From Thermoanaerobaculia bacterium (lineage in GTDB: Bacteria; Acidobacteriota; Thermoanaerobaculia; Multivoradales; JAGPDF01): a DNA stretch of 64,000 nt. This document shows, piece by piece, positions 9,541-21,213 of the stretch; position 1 is the first letter of the stretch, and each line of letters begins with the position of its first letter. The stretch is taken from contig DASWJT010000134.1 of the NCBI GenBank assembly GCA_036397015.1, forward strand, positions 13,411 to 77,410, written 5' to 3'. The notes beneath the pieces were generated by a model. The model saw only the letters and a list, made by a program, of their open reading frames with translations, ran no database searches and had not been told where the DNA came from. Both the position numbers and the translations under genes were made by a program.

Positions 9541-10799
9541 CGCACCAGGATCCTGCACGCCCTCTCGACCGCGGCGACGAGCGCGTCGACGTCGTCGCCG
9601 CCATTGTGGATGCCGAACGACGCGCGCGCCGTGGCTGGCACGCCGAAGGCGCGCATCGCCGGCTGCGCGCAGTGATGGCCGGCGCGCACCGCCACGCCGG
9701 CGGCGTCGAGCACGGTACCGACATCGTGCGCGTGCGCGCCCTCGACGACGAACGAGACGACGCCTGCTCGCGCCCGCGGCGTTCCGATCAGGCGCACGCC
9801 GGCGAGCGCGGCGAGGCGCTCGGCGGCGCCGCGGGCGAGCGCCTCCTCGTGCGCGGCGACCGCCGCCAGATCCTTCGCCGCCAGCCATTCGAGGGCGACG
9901 CCGAGGGCGTGCGCCTGCGGCCCGGCGGGCGTCCCCGCCTCGAAGCGCTGCGGCGGCGGCGCGTAGGTCGTGCGCTCGAAGCGGACCTCCTCGATCATGC
10001 CGCCGCCGCCCTGGTAGGGCGGCATCGCGGCGAGCAGCTGCCGACGTCCCCACAGCACGCCGACGCCGTTCGGGCCGTAGATCTTGTGACCGGAGAAGGC
10101 GAAGAAGTCGCAGCCGAGCGCGGCGACATCGATCGGCATCCGCGGCGCCGACTGCGCGCCGTCGACGAGGACGAGCGCGCCCGCGGCGTGGGCGAGACGC
10201 GTGATCTCGGCGACCGGCAGCACGGTGCCGAGGGCGTTCGAGACGTGCGCCACGGCGGCCATCCGCACTCGCCCCGAGCCGAGAGCGCGCGCGACGCCCT
10301 CGAGCGGCACCTCGCCGCGGTCGTCGATCGGGGCGACCACGATACGCGCGCCCGTCGCCGCGGCGGCGAGCTGCCACGGCACGATGTTCGAATGATGCTC
10401 GAGGCCGGTCAAGAGGATCTCGTCGCCGGGCCCGAGATTCGCCCGTCCCCAGCTCGCGGCGACCAGGTTGATCGCCTCGGTCGTGCCGCGCACGAAGACG
10501 ACCTCGTCGGCCGCCGCGGCGCCGAGGAAGCGCGCCGCCTTGCCTCTCGCCGCCTCGTAGAGCGCGGTCGCCTCCGCCGACAGCCGGTAGACGCCGCGGG
10601 CGATGGCGCCGTAGCAGCGCTCGTAGAAGTCGCGCTCGGCGTCGAGCACCGCGCGCGGCTTCTGCGTCGTCGCCGCGCTGTCGAGATAGACGAGCGGCCG
10701 CCCGGCGGCCGCCGCCCGGTCGAGAAGCGGGAATTCGCGCCGCAGAGCGGCGAAATCGAGCGCCGCCGCCGCTTCCGGATTCGCCGTGCCGATCGCCAA
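9537..10799 (-). CDS. sufS: Cysteine desulfurase SufS (class II aminotransferase V)
   Basis: 420 aa. PLP-lysine motif SGHKIYGP and catalytic Cys motif RAGHHCAQP. TTG start at 10799, preceded by GAGGAGG. The longer 882-aa track ORF is a frame read-through over sufD. Confidence 0.85.
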   Translation of the reverse strand: MAIGTANPEAAAALDFAALRREFPLLDRAAAAGRPLVYLDSAATTQKPRAVLDAERDFYERCYGAIARGVYRLSAEATALYEAARGKAARFLGAAAADEVVFVRGTTEAINLVAASWGRANLGPGDEILLTGLEHHSNIVPWQLAAAATGARIVVAPIDDRGEVPLEGVARALGSGRVRMAAVAHVSNALGTVLPVAEITRLAHAAGALVLVDGAQSAPRMPIDVAALGCDFFAFSGHKIYGPNGVGVLWGRRQLLAAMPPYQGGGGMIEEVRFERTTYAPPPQRFEAGTPAGPQAHALGVALEWLAAKDLAAVAAHEEALARGAAERLAALAGVRLIGTPRARAGVVSFVVEGAHAHDVGTVLDAAGVAVRAGHHCAQPAMRAFGVPATARASFGIHNGGDDVDALVAAVERACRILVR

Positions 10800-10819
10800 A
10801 CCGCCTCCTCGCTCCCGCC

Positions 10820-12162
10820 TCAGATCGCCTCGCGCACGACTTCGCCCTGCGGGATCCAGGCGAGCAGGTGCTCCTGCAATTGCGCGTGGACCGCCGGCAC
10901 GCGCACGCGCTCGACAAGGTCGCTGGCGAAGGCGTAGGTGAGCAGACTCCTCGCCGCCTCGAGGCCGATGCCGCGCGAGCGCAGGTAGAAGACCGCCAGC
11001 TCGTCGAGCTGGCCGACCGTCGAGCCGTGCGTGCAGCGCACGTCGTCGGCGAAGATCTCGAGCTGCGGGTTGGCGTTGACCAGTGCCTGATCGGAGAGCA
11101 GCAGGTTGCGGCTCGTCTGCTTGGCGTCGGTCTTCTGCGCCTGGCGGTGGACGTGGATGCGGCCATTGAACACGCCGCGGCCGCGCTCGTCGAGGACCCC
11201 CTTGAACAGCTCGTGGCTCGTCGTATGCGGCGCGGCGTGGTCGACGCGCATGTGGAAGTCGGCGAGCTGCCTGCCGCGCACGAGGTAGAGGCCGTTGAGC
11301 GTCGTCTCCGAACCGTCGCCGACGAGCGCCGCTTCGACGTCGTGGCGGGCGATCTCGGCGCCGAGCGAGAAGGTCTGCGTCGCGACGTTGGCGGCCCTGC
11401 CGCTCTCGACGTGCAGCAGCCCGAGGTGGAACGCCTGGTCGCCCTCGCGCTGCAGCTTGTAGTGGTCGACGCTCGCCGACTCGCCGGCGACGATCTCGGT
11501 CACCGGCGCCACCAGATAGCGCGCGCCGTCGGGCCCGCAGAACGTCTCGACGATCGTCACCTGCGCCGTCTCGCCGACGACGACGAGCGTGCGCGGGAAG
11601 TTCGCCGTCGGATCGCTGCTGGCCGTGGTGTGGAAGATGACGTGGATCGGCCGCTCGATCGCCGCGCCGCGCCGCACGAGAATGACGGCGCCGTCCGCGA
11701 AGAGCGCGGTCGAGAGCGCGGCGAACGGCCGCTCGACGAAGCTCGCGTGGCGTCCGAGGTGCGGCGCGAGCGCCGCGAAGTCGGCCGCCGCGGCGACGGC
11801 GATGCTGCCCGCGGTCGCGCCCGCGAGCGCCGCCGGGTCGGACGACAGCTCGGGCGCGAAGCGGCCGTCGACGAAGACCAGCTCGTGCGCGTCCCCGAGG
11901 CGCAGCGGCGCGAGCGCCGCCGCCACCTGCTCGCGGTCGTAGGCCGCCGGTGCCGGCGCGAAGCGCGTCCTCGCCACCGGCGCGACGTTGGTGAATCGCC
12001 ACTCCTCGAGGCGTGACGACGGAAAGCCGAGCTCCGCGAAGCGCTCGCCGGCGCGGCGCCGCAGGTTGCGGAGCGCCGCCGGCTGGTCGGCGGCGAGCGC
12101 CGCCGCGAGCTCGGAGGCGTAGGCGGACGGCGTCAGCGCCGCTTCGGCGGTGACCGTTCCGC

Positions 12163-12166
<4 letters not shown>
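10820..12166 (-). CDS. sufD: Fe-S cluster assembly protein SufD
   Basis: 448 aa with a GTG start overlapping the sufC stop (GTGA). Typical SufD C-terminal beta-helix sequence, in the sufB-sufC-sufD context. Confidence 0.8.
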
Positions 12167-12930
<764 letters not shown>

Positions 12931-13020
12931 GAGCGGTTCCTGTTCGTCAGTCCGTCGTGAGTCCTGCGTTCGTCGCCGGGCGCGGGGGCAGCTGTCGCGG
13001 GGCGACCGCGGTGCGCCGCG

Positions 13021-14469
<1,449 letters not shown>

Positions 14470-14499
14470 CGTTCTTCCGTGCTCCTCTCGTGACCGGCT

Positions 14500-14967
14500 T
14501 CAGTGCCGCAGCGGCGCAGCGACGGCCGCCGCCGCGCTGCGGCCGAGCTGCACGAGGCCGGCGGCGGGAGCGACGAGCTGCGCCAGGCTGATCCGCGCCA
14601 GCGCCGCCTCGACCGCGACGTTGATGTGCTGCCAGTGGCCGCGCACGCTGCAGTAGGGCTCGAGGTCGCACTCGCCGGGGCTGCCGTCGATGCAAACCGT
14701 CATCGCCACGGGGCCCTCGAGGGCGCGGACGATCTCGACGGCGTTGATCTCCTCGGGAGCGCGCGCCAGCGCGTAGCCGCCCTTGACCCCACGGTGCGAC
14801 TCGAGCAGCTTCGCGCGCGCCAGCATCTTGAGGATCTTCGAGACCATCGGCAGCGGCAGCCGGCACTCCTCGGCGAGATCCGGCGCGTTCGCCACCCGCA
14901 CGGGGTCGAGCGCCAGCCGCGAGAGCAGGACGAAGCCGTAGTCGGTCTGTTTGGTCATTCGGATCAT
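14500..14967 (-). CDS. Rrf2-family transcriptional regulator (IscR/SufR-like, probable Fe-S ligand cysteines)
   Basis: 155 aa. N-terminal wHTH (TKQTDYGFVLLSRLA..., PMVSKILKML) and a Cys triad CIDGSPGECDLEPYC (C-x8-C-x5-C). First gene of the suf operon. Confidence 0.8.
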   Translation of the reverse strand: MIRMTKQTDYGFVLLSRLALDPVRVANAPDLAEECRLPLPMVSKILKMLARAKLLESHRGVKGGYALARAPEEINAVEIVRALEGPVAMTVCIDGSPGECDLEPYCSVRGHWQHINVAVEAALARISLAQLVAPAAGLVQLGRSAAAAVAAPLRH

Positions 14968-14990
14968 GGTCGGGGCGCTCCGCCGGCGAC

Positions 14991-15049
14991 TAAACAGTAC
15001 ACTTTCGGTACTGTTTACGAAAGGATACCAGGGCAGCGTGCGAAGTCAA
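14991..15049 (-). promoter_or_regulatory. Putative suf-operon promoter (-35 TTGACT, 16 nt, -10 TATCCT on minus strand) followed by a perfect 10-bp inverted-repeat operator TAAACAGTAC-N7-GTACTGTTTA
   Basis: The inverted repeat occupies 14991-15017. The -10 is the reverse complement of 15022-15027 and the -35 the reverse complement of 15044-15049. It sits directly upstream of the Rrf2 regulator gene. Confidence 0.5.
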
Positions 15050-16794
15050 ACGCGCCGCGGGCTCGTCGGGGGGGCCGCCGACCCGCCCTGCCCGAGCAGC
15101 TCGGCGACTCGCTGCTCGAGCACTTCCGCCGAGAACGGCTTGCGCAGGAAGGCGGCGCGCTCCTGCAGCACGCCGTAGCGGAAGATCAGGCTGTCGCTGT
15201 AGCCCGACATGTAGAGAATGCGCATCTCCGGATGCTGGCGCAGCAGGCGGTGGGCGAGGTCGGCGCCCGAGACGCCCGGCATCACGACGTCCGTCAGCAG
15301 CAGATCGATCGGCGTCGCCACTTGCTCGGCGAGCGCCATTGCCTCGCTGGCGTCGGCGGCCGCGAAGACGCGGTAACCGGCTTCGGCGAGAATCTGCTCC
15401 GCGAGATCGCGGATGAGATCCTCGTCCTCGACGAGCAGCACGGTCGGCGGTCCGCCGGACGCGGCGGCCAGCGCGCCGGACGCCGCCTCGACCGCCGGCT
15501 CGTCGGCCGCCGTCGGCAGGAGGATCTCGTAGAGCGTCCCCTCGTCGTCGGAGCGCGCCAAGAGCACCATGCCGCCGCACTGGCGGACGATGCCGTAGGC
15601 CGCCGCCAGCCCGAGGCCGCCGCGCGCCGGGGCGTGGCCTCCGGAGAAGGGCTCGAACAGGCGGCTGGCGACCTCTGCGGCGAGCGGCGGGCCGTCGTCG
15701 TGGACGCCGATGCACGCTGCCTGCGGCCCCAGCGCCTCCAGCAGACCGCGGCGCCGCAATGGCTCGCCGGCGAGCAGCTCGCAATGCAGCTCCACGCGGC
15801 CGCCGGCCGAGAGCCGTTCGCGCGCGTCGAGCACGAAGGTGACGATCGCCTGCTCGAGCAGATCGGGGTCCACCTCGAGCGGCGCCGCGAGCGGCGCGGC
15901 GGCGACGTCGATCTCGATGTCGTCGCCGACCAGCCGGCGCAGCAGGGGCAGGCGGCCGGCGAGCCACGCCGAGAGCTCGAAGCGCACCGGCCGCGCCGGC
16001 TGCCGCCTGCCGAGCGAGGCGAGCTCGCGGGTCATCTCGGCCGCTCGTTCGCCGGCGAGCAGCATCTCCGAGACGTCGGCGCGGATCGGGTCGCCCGGGC
16101 GCAGCCTCGCGAGCGCGCGTTCGCCGTAGCCGCGAATCGAGGTCATCACGGCGTCGAAGTCGCGGGCCAGTCCCGCAGCCAGCCAGCCGAGCGCGTCCAT
16201 GCGCTCCGCCCGGCGCGTCCGCTCGTCGCTCGTCCGCTCCTCGTCCTCCGCTACGGCGCGCTCGACGGCAGCTCCGAGCCAGCCCGCGACGGCGCGCAGC
16301 GCCTCCCGCTCGACGCCGCTCCACTCGCGAGCGTCGCGGCTCGCGGCGAACCCGAGCGCCCCCCAGAAGGTGCCGGCGGAGAACACCGGCACGAGCCGGA
16401 GGCTGCCGCTCCCTTCGCCGCCGACGACCGGCGCGAATGCCTCCGGCACCTCGCCGGCGGCGACGGTAACGACCTCGCCCGCGACGAGGCGATCGAGGAT
16501 CCCCCGCGCGCCACCCTCGGCGCTGGAGATCCGGCGCACCGCGTCACGCGCGGGCGGCCCTCCGGCGTCGTCGCCGCCGATCGCGATTCCGACGAACTCG
16601 CCCTCGGCGGCGTTCACGGTCCGGCGGAGCAGGATGACGCGGCCTGCTCCCGCCGCCGCGAGGGGCGAGAGCACAGGCTCGGCGAGCGCGGGCGAGAACG
16701 GCTCGCGGACCAGCCGCCCGGCGACCTCGGCGGCTGCGGCGAGCAGAGCCCGCGGGCCGGTGGACGCCGCGGGCCGACCGGGCGCCGCGCTCAG
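15046..16794 (-). CDS. GAF - degenerate HisKA/HATPase - REC hybrid protein (probable pseudo-kinase with intact receiver)
   Basis: The H-box position reads LAAGLARDFDAVMTSIRGY (Arg where the His is expected). The N-box reads TFVLDARERL (Asp for Asn) and G1 reads HDDGPPL. The REC domain is intact (LLVEDED, LLLTDVVMPG, YMSGY, LRKPF). Start is uncertain: no ATG/GTG/TTG occurs near where GC3-rich coding begins, and only a CTG at 16792-16794 overlaps the upstream stop. Confidence 0.7.
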   Translation of the reverse strand: MSAAPGRPAASTGPRALLAAAAEVAGRLVREPFSPALAEPVLSPLAAAGAGRVILLRRTVNAAEGEFVGIAIGGDDAGGPPARDAVRRISSAEGGARGILDRLVAGEVVTVAAGEVPEAFAPVVGGEGSGSLRLVPVFSAGTFWGALGFAASRDAREWSGVEREALRAVAGWLGAAVERAVAEDEERTSDERTRRAERMDALGWLAAGLARDFDAVMTSIRGYGERALARLRPGDPIRADVSEMLLAGERAAEMTRELASLGRRQPARPVRFELSAWLAGRLPLLRRLVGDDIEIDVAAAPLAAPLEVDPDLLEQAIVTFVLDARERLSAGGRVELHCELLAGEPLRRRGLLEALGPQAACIGVHDDGPPLAAEVASRLFEPFSGGHAPARGGLGLAAAYGIVRQCGGMVLLARSDDEGTLYEILLPTAADEPAVEAASGALAAASGGPPTVLLVEDEDLIRDLAEQILAEAGYRVFAAADASEAMALAEQVATPIDLLLTDVVMPGVSGADLAHRLLRQHPEMRILYMSGYSDSLIFRYGVLQERAAFLRKPFSAEVLEQRVAELLGQGGSAAPPTSPRRV

Positions 16795-17900
16795 CTCGCG
16801 CCCCCGCCGCCGGCGGCGACCGACTCGACGCCGTCGAGGGCCGCCGCCGACGCGGCGGACGAGCGCGCGCGGGCCGGCGAGTCGAGCAGCACGGCCAGCC
16901 ATCCCCACTCTTCGCTGTCGCCGAGCGCCATCTTGAAGGCCATGGTCAGAGGCACCGACAGGAACATGCCGAGCGGCCCCCACAGCCAGCCCCACACCAG
17001 CAGGGAGACGAAGACCGCGAGCGTCGAAAGGCCGAGCCGGCGCCCGAGCAGCGTCGGCTCGACCAAATTGCCGAGCACCACGCCGATCGCCAGGTAGCCG
17101 ACCGCCACCAGCACGCTCTTCAGCGGATCGTGCTGCAGGAATGCGATGAGCATCGCCGGCGCCGCAGCAAAGGCGGCGCCGACGTTGGGCACGAAGTGAA
17201 AAGCGAATGCGACCAGGCCGCAGAGAACGGCGAAATCGACGTCGAGCACGGTCAGCCACAGCCCGGTGGCGACGCCGATGAGGCCCGACATCGCCGTCTT
17301 GATGACCAGGTAGCGCTGCAGCTCCCGCGAGACGTGCGCGAAGCGGCCGATCGATGCCCGCATCGCCGCCGGCAGTCGTTCGAGCTTGCGCCGGAAGGCC
17401 GCCGCTTCGCCGAGAAAAAAGATGAGCAGGAGGAAGACGATGATGATCTCGGAGAGCAGGATGGCGGTGCCGCGAATGGCCGTGCCCAGCAGCTCGGCGA
17501 CTCGCTGCGGCTCGCGCCAGCGCAGCGGCACCCATTCGCGCAGCGAGATGCCGCGCCCCTGCCACCATTCGTCGGTGTAGGCGACGCGCTCCTGGAGCGT
17601 GCGAGCGTATGTCGGCGCCACGTCGCGCAGCTCGTCGAGCGACACGAGCAGCAGCACGCCGAAGAGTCCGACCGCCGCGAGCAGGACGAGGAAGGTGACG
17701 AAGATCGCCAGGCCGACGGGCACCCGCCGGGCGAGCAGCCGCCGGAACAGCGGCAGGCTGAGCACGGCGAGGAAGAGGGCGAAAGCGATGGGGACGAGCA
17801 GGCCGGCGGCGAGCTTCAAGGCGGCGAGGACGACCGCGATCGCGGCCAGGTTGCGCAGCGTCCGCTGCGCCGTAGCCGCCGGCCGCGCCGCCTCGTCCAT
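16791..17900 (-). CDS. AI-2E family transporter (PerM/YhhT-like permease)
   Basis: 369 aa, multi-TM, with the typical AI-2E C-terminal block (FVPNVGA..., LWGPLGMFLSVPLT). Confidence 0.8.
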   Translation of the reverse strand: MDEAARPAATAQRTLRNLAAIAVVLAALKLAAGLLVPIAFALFLAVLSLPLFRRLLARRVPVGLAIFVTFLVLLAAVGLFGVLLLVSLDELRDVAPTYARTLQERVAYTDEWWQGRGISLREWVPLRWREPQRVAELLGTAIRGTAILLSEIIIVFLLLIFFLGEAAAFRRKLERLPAAMRASIGRFAHVSRELQRYLVIKTAMSGLIGVATGLWLTVLDVDFAVLCGLVAFAFHFVPNVGAAFAAAPAMLIAFLQHDPLKSVLVAVGYLAIGVVLGNLVEPTLLGRRLGLSTLAVFVSLLVWGWLWGPLGMFLSVPLTMAFKMALGDSEEWGWLAVLLDSPARARSSAASAAALDGVESVAAGGGGAS

Positions 17901-17974
17901 GACCCGAGGACTCTAGCATCCGGCCCTGTCGCGTCACGGCATCGGCGCCGCGCGCGGGAGTAGACTCGAGCCCG

Positions 17975-18643
17975 GTGCGAGCCGCGATCCTCAAGCTCGT
18001 CGGGCTGGCGGCGCTCGTCGGTGCCGGCTGGCTCGCTTTGACCAGCCTGGCGCCCGGCTCGTGGGTCGCCTCGTGGGCGCCCTGCCCGCGCAACTGGACG
18101 TGGGCGGACGCCTGGGGCCGGCGTGCGAGCCCGCTCGCCGCGGCGACGATGCGCTTCTCGCGCGGCCACGGCAAGCTCTGCTACGGACGCCCGTCGTTGC
18201 GCGGCCGCGCGATGCTCGGCGGCGAGGCGGTGCCCTACGGCCGGCTCTGGCGCACCGGCGCCAACGAGCCGACGACGCTCCACCTCGACGTCCCGGCCCG
18301 GCTCGGCGAGCTCTTTCTCGAGCCCGGCAGCTATGCCCTCTACAGCGTGCCCGACGAGCGCAGCTGGGAAATCGTCGTCAACCGCTCGACCCGGCAGTGG
18401 GGCCTCGAGAGCCTCTACGACGAAGAGCTCGCGAGCCGGGAGGTCGGACGCTTCACGGTACCGGTCGAGCCGCTCGACCGGCCGGTCGAGACCTTCACGA
18501 TCCGGCCGGTGCCGGTGGGCGGCGACCACTGGACGCTCGACCTCGAGTGGCAGATGACGCGCCTGCGGCTGCCGTTCGAGGCGTCCGCGCGCCCACCCGT
18601 CGGCGAGGAGGAAGACTCCGCGCTGCCCGACGACGGCGGCTGA
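17975..18643 (+). CDS. DUF2911 domain-containing protein
   Basis: GTG start and an N-terminal hydrophobic segment. Core matches the DUF2911 pattern as I recall it (YGRPSLRGRAMLGGEAVPYGRLWRTGANEPTTL). Confidence 0.7.
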   Translation: MRAAILKLVGLAALVGAGWLALTSLAPGSWVASWAPCPRNWTWADAWGRRASPLAAATMRFSRGHGKLCYGRPSLRGRAMLGGEAVPYGRLWRTGANEPTTLHLDVPARLGELFLEPGSYALYSVPDERSWEIVVNRSTRQWGLESLYDEELASREVGRFTVPVEPLDRPVETFTIRPVPVGGDHWTLDLEWQMTRLRLPFEASARPPVGEEEDSALPDDGG

Positions 18644-18656
18644 TCGCCGCCGCGCC

Positions 18657-19400
18657 TCAGCCGCCGATCAGCTCGCGCAGCCGCGCGTGCCCGTGGCGCG
18701 AGACGGGCAGCTTCGTGCCGTCGGCGAGGATCGCGATCCAGCTGTCCTTGGCGTAGAGCTCGAGACGCGCCAGCCGTTCGACGTTGAGCAGGTAGGAGCG
18801 GTGGATGCGCACGAAGCGCGCCGGATCGAGGTCGGCCTCGAGACGCGCCATCGTCTGCTGCTTGCGGAAGCGCTTGCCGGCGGCGGCGAAAGAGAGATAG
18901 TCGTCCTGCGCTTCGACGAAATCGATGCGCCCGACCGGCAGCACGTTGACGCGCCCCTCTTCGCGAAAGAGCACGCGCTCGAGCCGGCGGCCGGGCGGAC
19001 GCGCCGAGCTCGCCAGGGCCTCGGCATCGATCGCGGGCGGCGCGGCGGCGAGGCGTTTCTCGGCGCGCGTCACCGCCGCCGCCAGCCGTTCGGGCTCGAC
19101 CGGCTTGAGCAAGTAGTCGACGGCGTGCACCTCGAACGCCTGGAGCGCGAACTCGTCGTAGGCGGTGATGAAGATCACCGCCGGCGCGTCGTCGCCCGCC
19201 AGCTCGAGCACCTCGAAGCCCGAGAGCTTCGGCATCTGGATGTCGAGGAAGACGAGGTCCGGTGCGAGCTCGCCGATCTGCTTGACGGCGTCGAAGCCGT
19301 TGGCAGCCTCGCCCACGATCTCGATCTCGGGATGCGCCGCGAGCTGCTCGCGCAGCAGCGCGCGCGCCAGCGGCTCGTCGTCGACCAGGAGCGCACGCAT
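18657..19400 (-). CDS. LytR/AlgR-family response regulator (REC + LytTR DNA-binding domain)
   Basis: 247 aa from the ATG at 19400 (MRALLVDDEPLAR...). REC motifs are present and the LytTR domain shows FVRIHRSYLLN. Confidence 0.85.
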   Translation of the reverse strand: MRALLVDDEPLARALLREQLAAHPEIEIVGEAANGFDAVKQIGELAPDLVFLDIQMPKLSGFEVLELAGDDAPAVIFITAYDEFALQAFEVHAVDYLLKPVEPERLAAAVTRAEKRLAAAPPAIDAEALASSARPPGRRLERVLFREEGRVNVLPVGRIDFVEAQDDYLSFAAAGKRFRKQQTMARLEADLDPARFVRIHRSYLLNVERLARLELYAKDSWIAILADGTKLPVSRHGHARLRELIGG

Positions 19401-19410
19401 CAGCCGCCGC

Positions 19411-20484
19411 TCAGAGCCCGGCCGCCAGCGCCGGCAGACGCATGCGCACGCGGTGACTCTCCGCCGTCGCGTCGATCTCGACGCGCGCGCGCTCGTCGTA
19501 GAGCGCCGCGAGACGGGCACGCACGTTCGCGAGACCGACGCCGGCGCCGCGCGAGGCGGGTCGCTCGGGATCGCAGGGATTGAAGACTTCGACGAGCAGG
19601 CGTTCCCCCTCGCGCCGCGCCGTCACCCGTACCTCGCCGCCGTCGACGAGATGGGCAATGCCGTGGTGCACCGCGTTCTCCACCAGCGGCTGCAGCACGA
19701 GCGGCGGCACGGCGAGCGCGAGCGCCGCCTCGTCGATCTCGAAGCGGGCGCGCAGGCGTTCGCCGAAGCGCACCTGCTCGATGGCGAGGAAGGTCTCGGC
19801 GAGATAGACCTCCTCGGCGAGCGGGATCGCCTCCCTGCGGCCGAGCGTGAGGCTCTTGCGGAAGAAGCCCGACATCAGGAAACACATGCGCCGCGCCGCG
19901 GGCGCGTCGGTGCCGATCAACGCCGCCACCGAGTTCAAGCTGTTGAACAGGAAGTGCGGATCGAGCTGCGCCTTGAGCGTCTTGAGCTCGGCCTCGCGGG
20001 CGAGCACGGTGGCCTCCAGTGCGCGGCGCTCGGCCGCGCGCGAACGCTCGAAGGCCTCGATCAGGTAGAAGCCGAGCGTTGCAACGGCGAAGCCGAGCAG
20101 GCCGACCACGGCGAGCAGCAGCGCCGAGCTCGCCAGGATCTGCGCCTTGCGCTCGGCCGCGAGCGGATTCGCGCGCAGCAACCACGCCGCCCAGCCGACG
20201 CCCACCGTCACCCAGGCGCCCACCGACAGCACGGCTGCCGTCGTCCAGCTGGTGAGCAGGCGCCCCCAGGGAGTCGATTCGCTCGGCAGGGCGCGCGCGA
20301 GGTACCAGTTGCCGAGCGCCTGGAAACCGAAGACGACGGCGAGCGGCAGCGCGAAGGCGAGCGCCCACTCGACCGGCGCGCGGCCGCCGTAGACGACCAC
20401 GCCCGCGACGAGCAGGCCGAGCACGAGGGTGAGAATGCCGTAGAGAGCCAAGCGGTCGCGACGCGCGAAGATCGGATGTCGCAT
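19411..20484 (-). CDS. LytS/YehU-type sensor histidine kinase (His_kinase + HATPase)
   Basis: 357 aa with 4-5 N-terminal TM helices. H-box LDPHFLFNSLNSV and N-box LVENAVHHG. Confidence 0.8.
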   Translation of the reverse strand: MRHPIFARRDRLALYGILTLVLGLLVAGVVVYGGRAPVEWALAFALPLAVVFGFQALGNWYLARALPSESTPWGRLLTSWTTAAVLSVGAWVTVGVGWAAWLLRANPLAAERKAQILASSALLLAVVGLLGFAVATLGFYLIEAFERSRAAERRALEATVLAREAELKTLKAQLDPHFLFNSLNSVAALIGTDAPAARRMCFLMSGFFRKSLTLGRREAIPLAEEVYLAETFLAIEQVRFGERLRARFEIDEAALALAVPPLVLQPLVENAVHHGIAHLVDGGEVRVTARREGERLLVEVFNPCDPERPASRGAGVGLANVRARLAALYDERARVEIDATAESHRVRMRLPALAAGL

Positions 20485-20487
20485 GGC

Positions 20488-21213
20488 TCAGTTCTTGACC
20501 TCGACGCCGCCCATGACGACGAAGCCGCGCACGACGAGCCGTCGCACGGGTCCGCCCGTGCGCGGCTCCGTCTTGTCCTCGAAACCGGCCATCAGCGGCA
20601 CCACCTTGCTCGCCACCGTCCACTCCCGAGGCACGCGGATCTCGACGGCGCCCCACATGGCGAAAACGTCGATCTCGGCCTCCTCGCCGGCGAGCTTCGC
20701 CTGCGTCAGGTCGAGCGTCACGCCGCCCATGAAGGCGCCGAGGTCGGCGCTGCGAAACCCGGCGGAGGTCGACCGCACCTCGTTGCCCGACATGACGGCG
20801 AAGCTCCGCACCTCGGCCTCCGGATCGTCGGCGGCGGCGCGCTCGCGGCGCGGGCCGCGCAACGACCTGAGGACGAGCGAGGCGCCGAAAAGCACCAGGA
20901 TGCCGGGGAAGAAGAGATCCCAGAAGTCGACGTCGATCCACTCGCGCTGATAGGCCCAGATCCAGCCGCCGGCGACGATCCAGACCAGGCCCCACAGCCG
21001 CCGCCCGCTGCGCGAGCGCGGCTCGAAGAGGATCACCAGCCCGAGGACGACGAACGCCGCGGGCCAGAAGATGCGGAACGCTTCGCGGGCGTCGAAGTAG
21101 CCGAGGTTGGCGCCCAGGAAGAGGACGCCGAGCGCGATGGCGAGAAGGCCGAGGACGACGCGCGCCGGCGCCGCGCCCGCCTGGCCCCGGCCCGCGAGGA
21201 CGTCACGTCTCAT
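20488..21213 (-). CDS. LiaF-like membrane protein (cell-wall-stress LiaF/DUF2154-type C-terminal domain)
   Basis: 241 aa. N-terminal TM helices, then a C-terminal beta-rich domain ending GGVEVKN, as in LiaF-family proteins. Overlaps the upstream gene by 11 nt. Confidence 0.6.
   Translation of the reverse strand: MRRDVLAGRGQAGAAPARVVLGLLAIALGVLFLGANLGYFDAREAFRIFWPAAFVVLGLVILFEPRSRSGRRLWGLVWIVAGGWIWAYQREWIDVDFWDLFFPGILVLFGASLVLRSLRGPRRERAAADDPEAEVRSFAVMSGNEVRSTSAGFRSADLGAFMGGVTLDLTQAKLAGEEAEIDVFAMWGAVEIRVPREWTVASKVVPLMAGFEDKTEPRTGGPVRRLVVRGFVVMGGVEVKN

Noticed and set aside
16795-16902. Upstream ATG at 16902 as the start of the GAF-pseudo-kinase gene
   Set aside because: The codons between 16902 and 16795 in that frame end mostly in T or A (GCT, CGT, GCT, GCT, CGA), unlike the GC3-rich genes here. 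They also overlap the AI-2E gene's 3' end.
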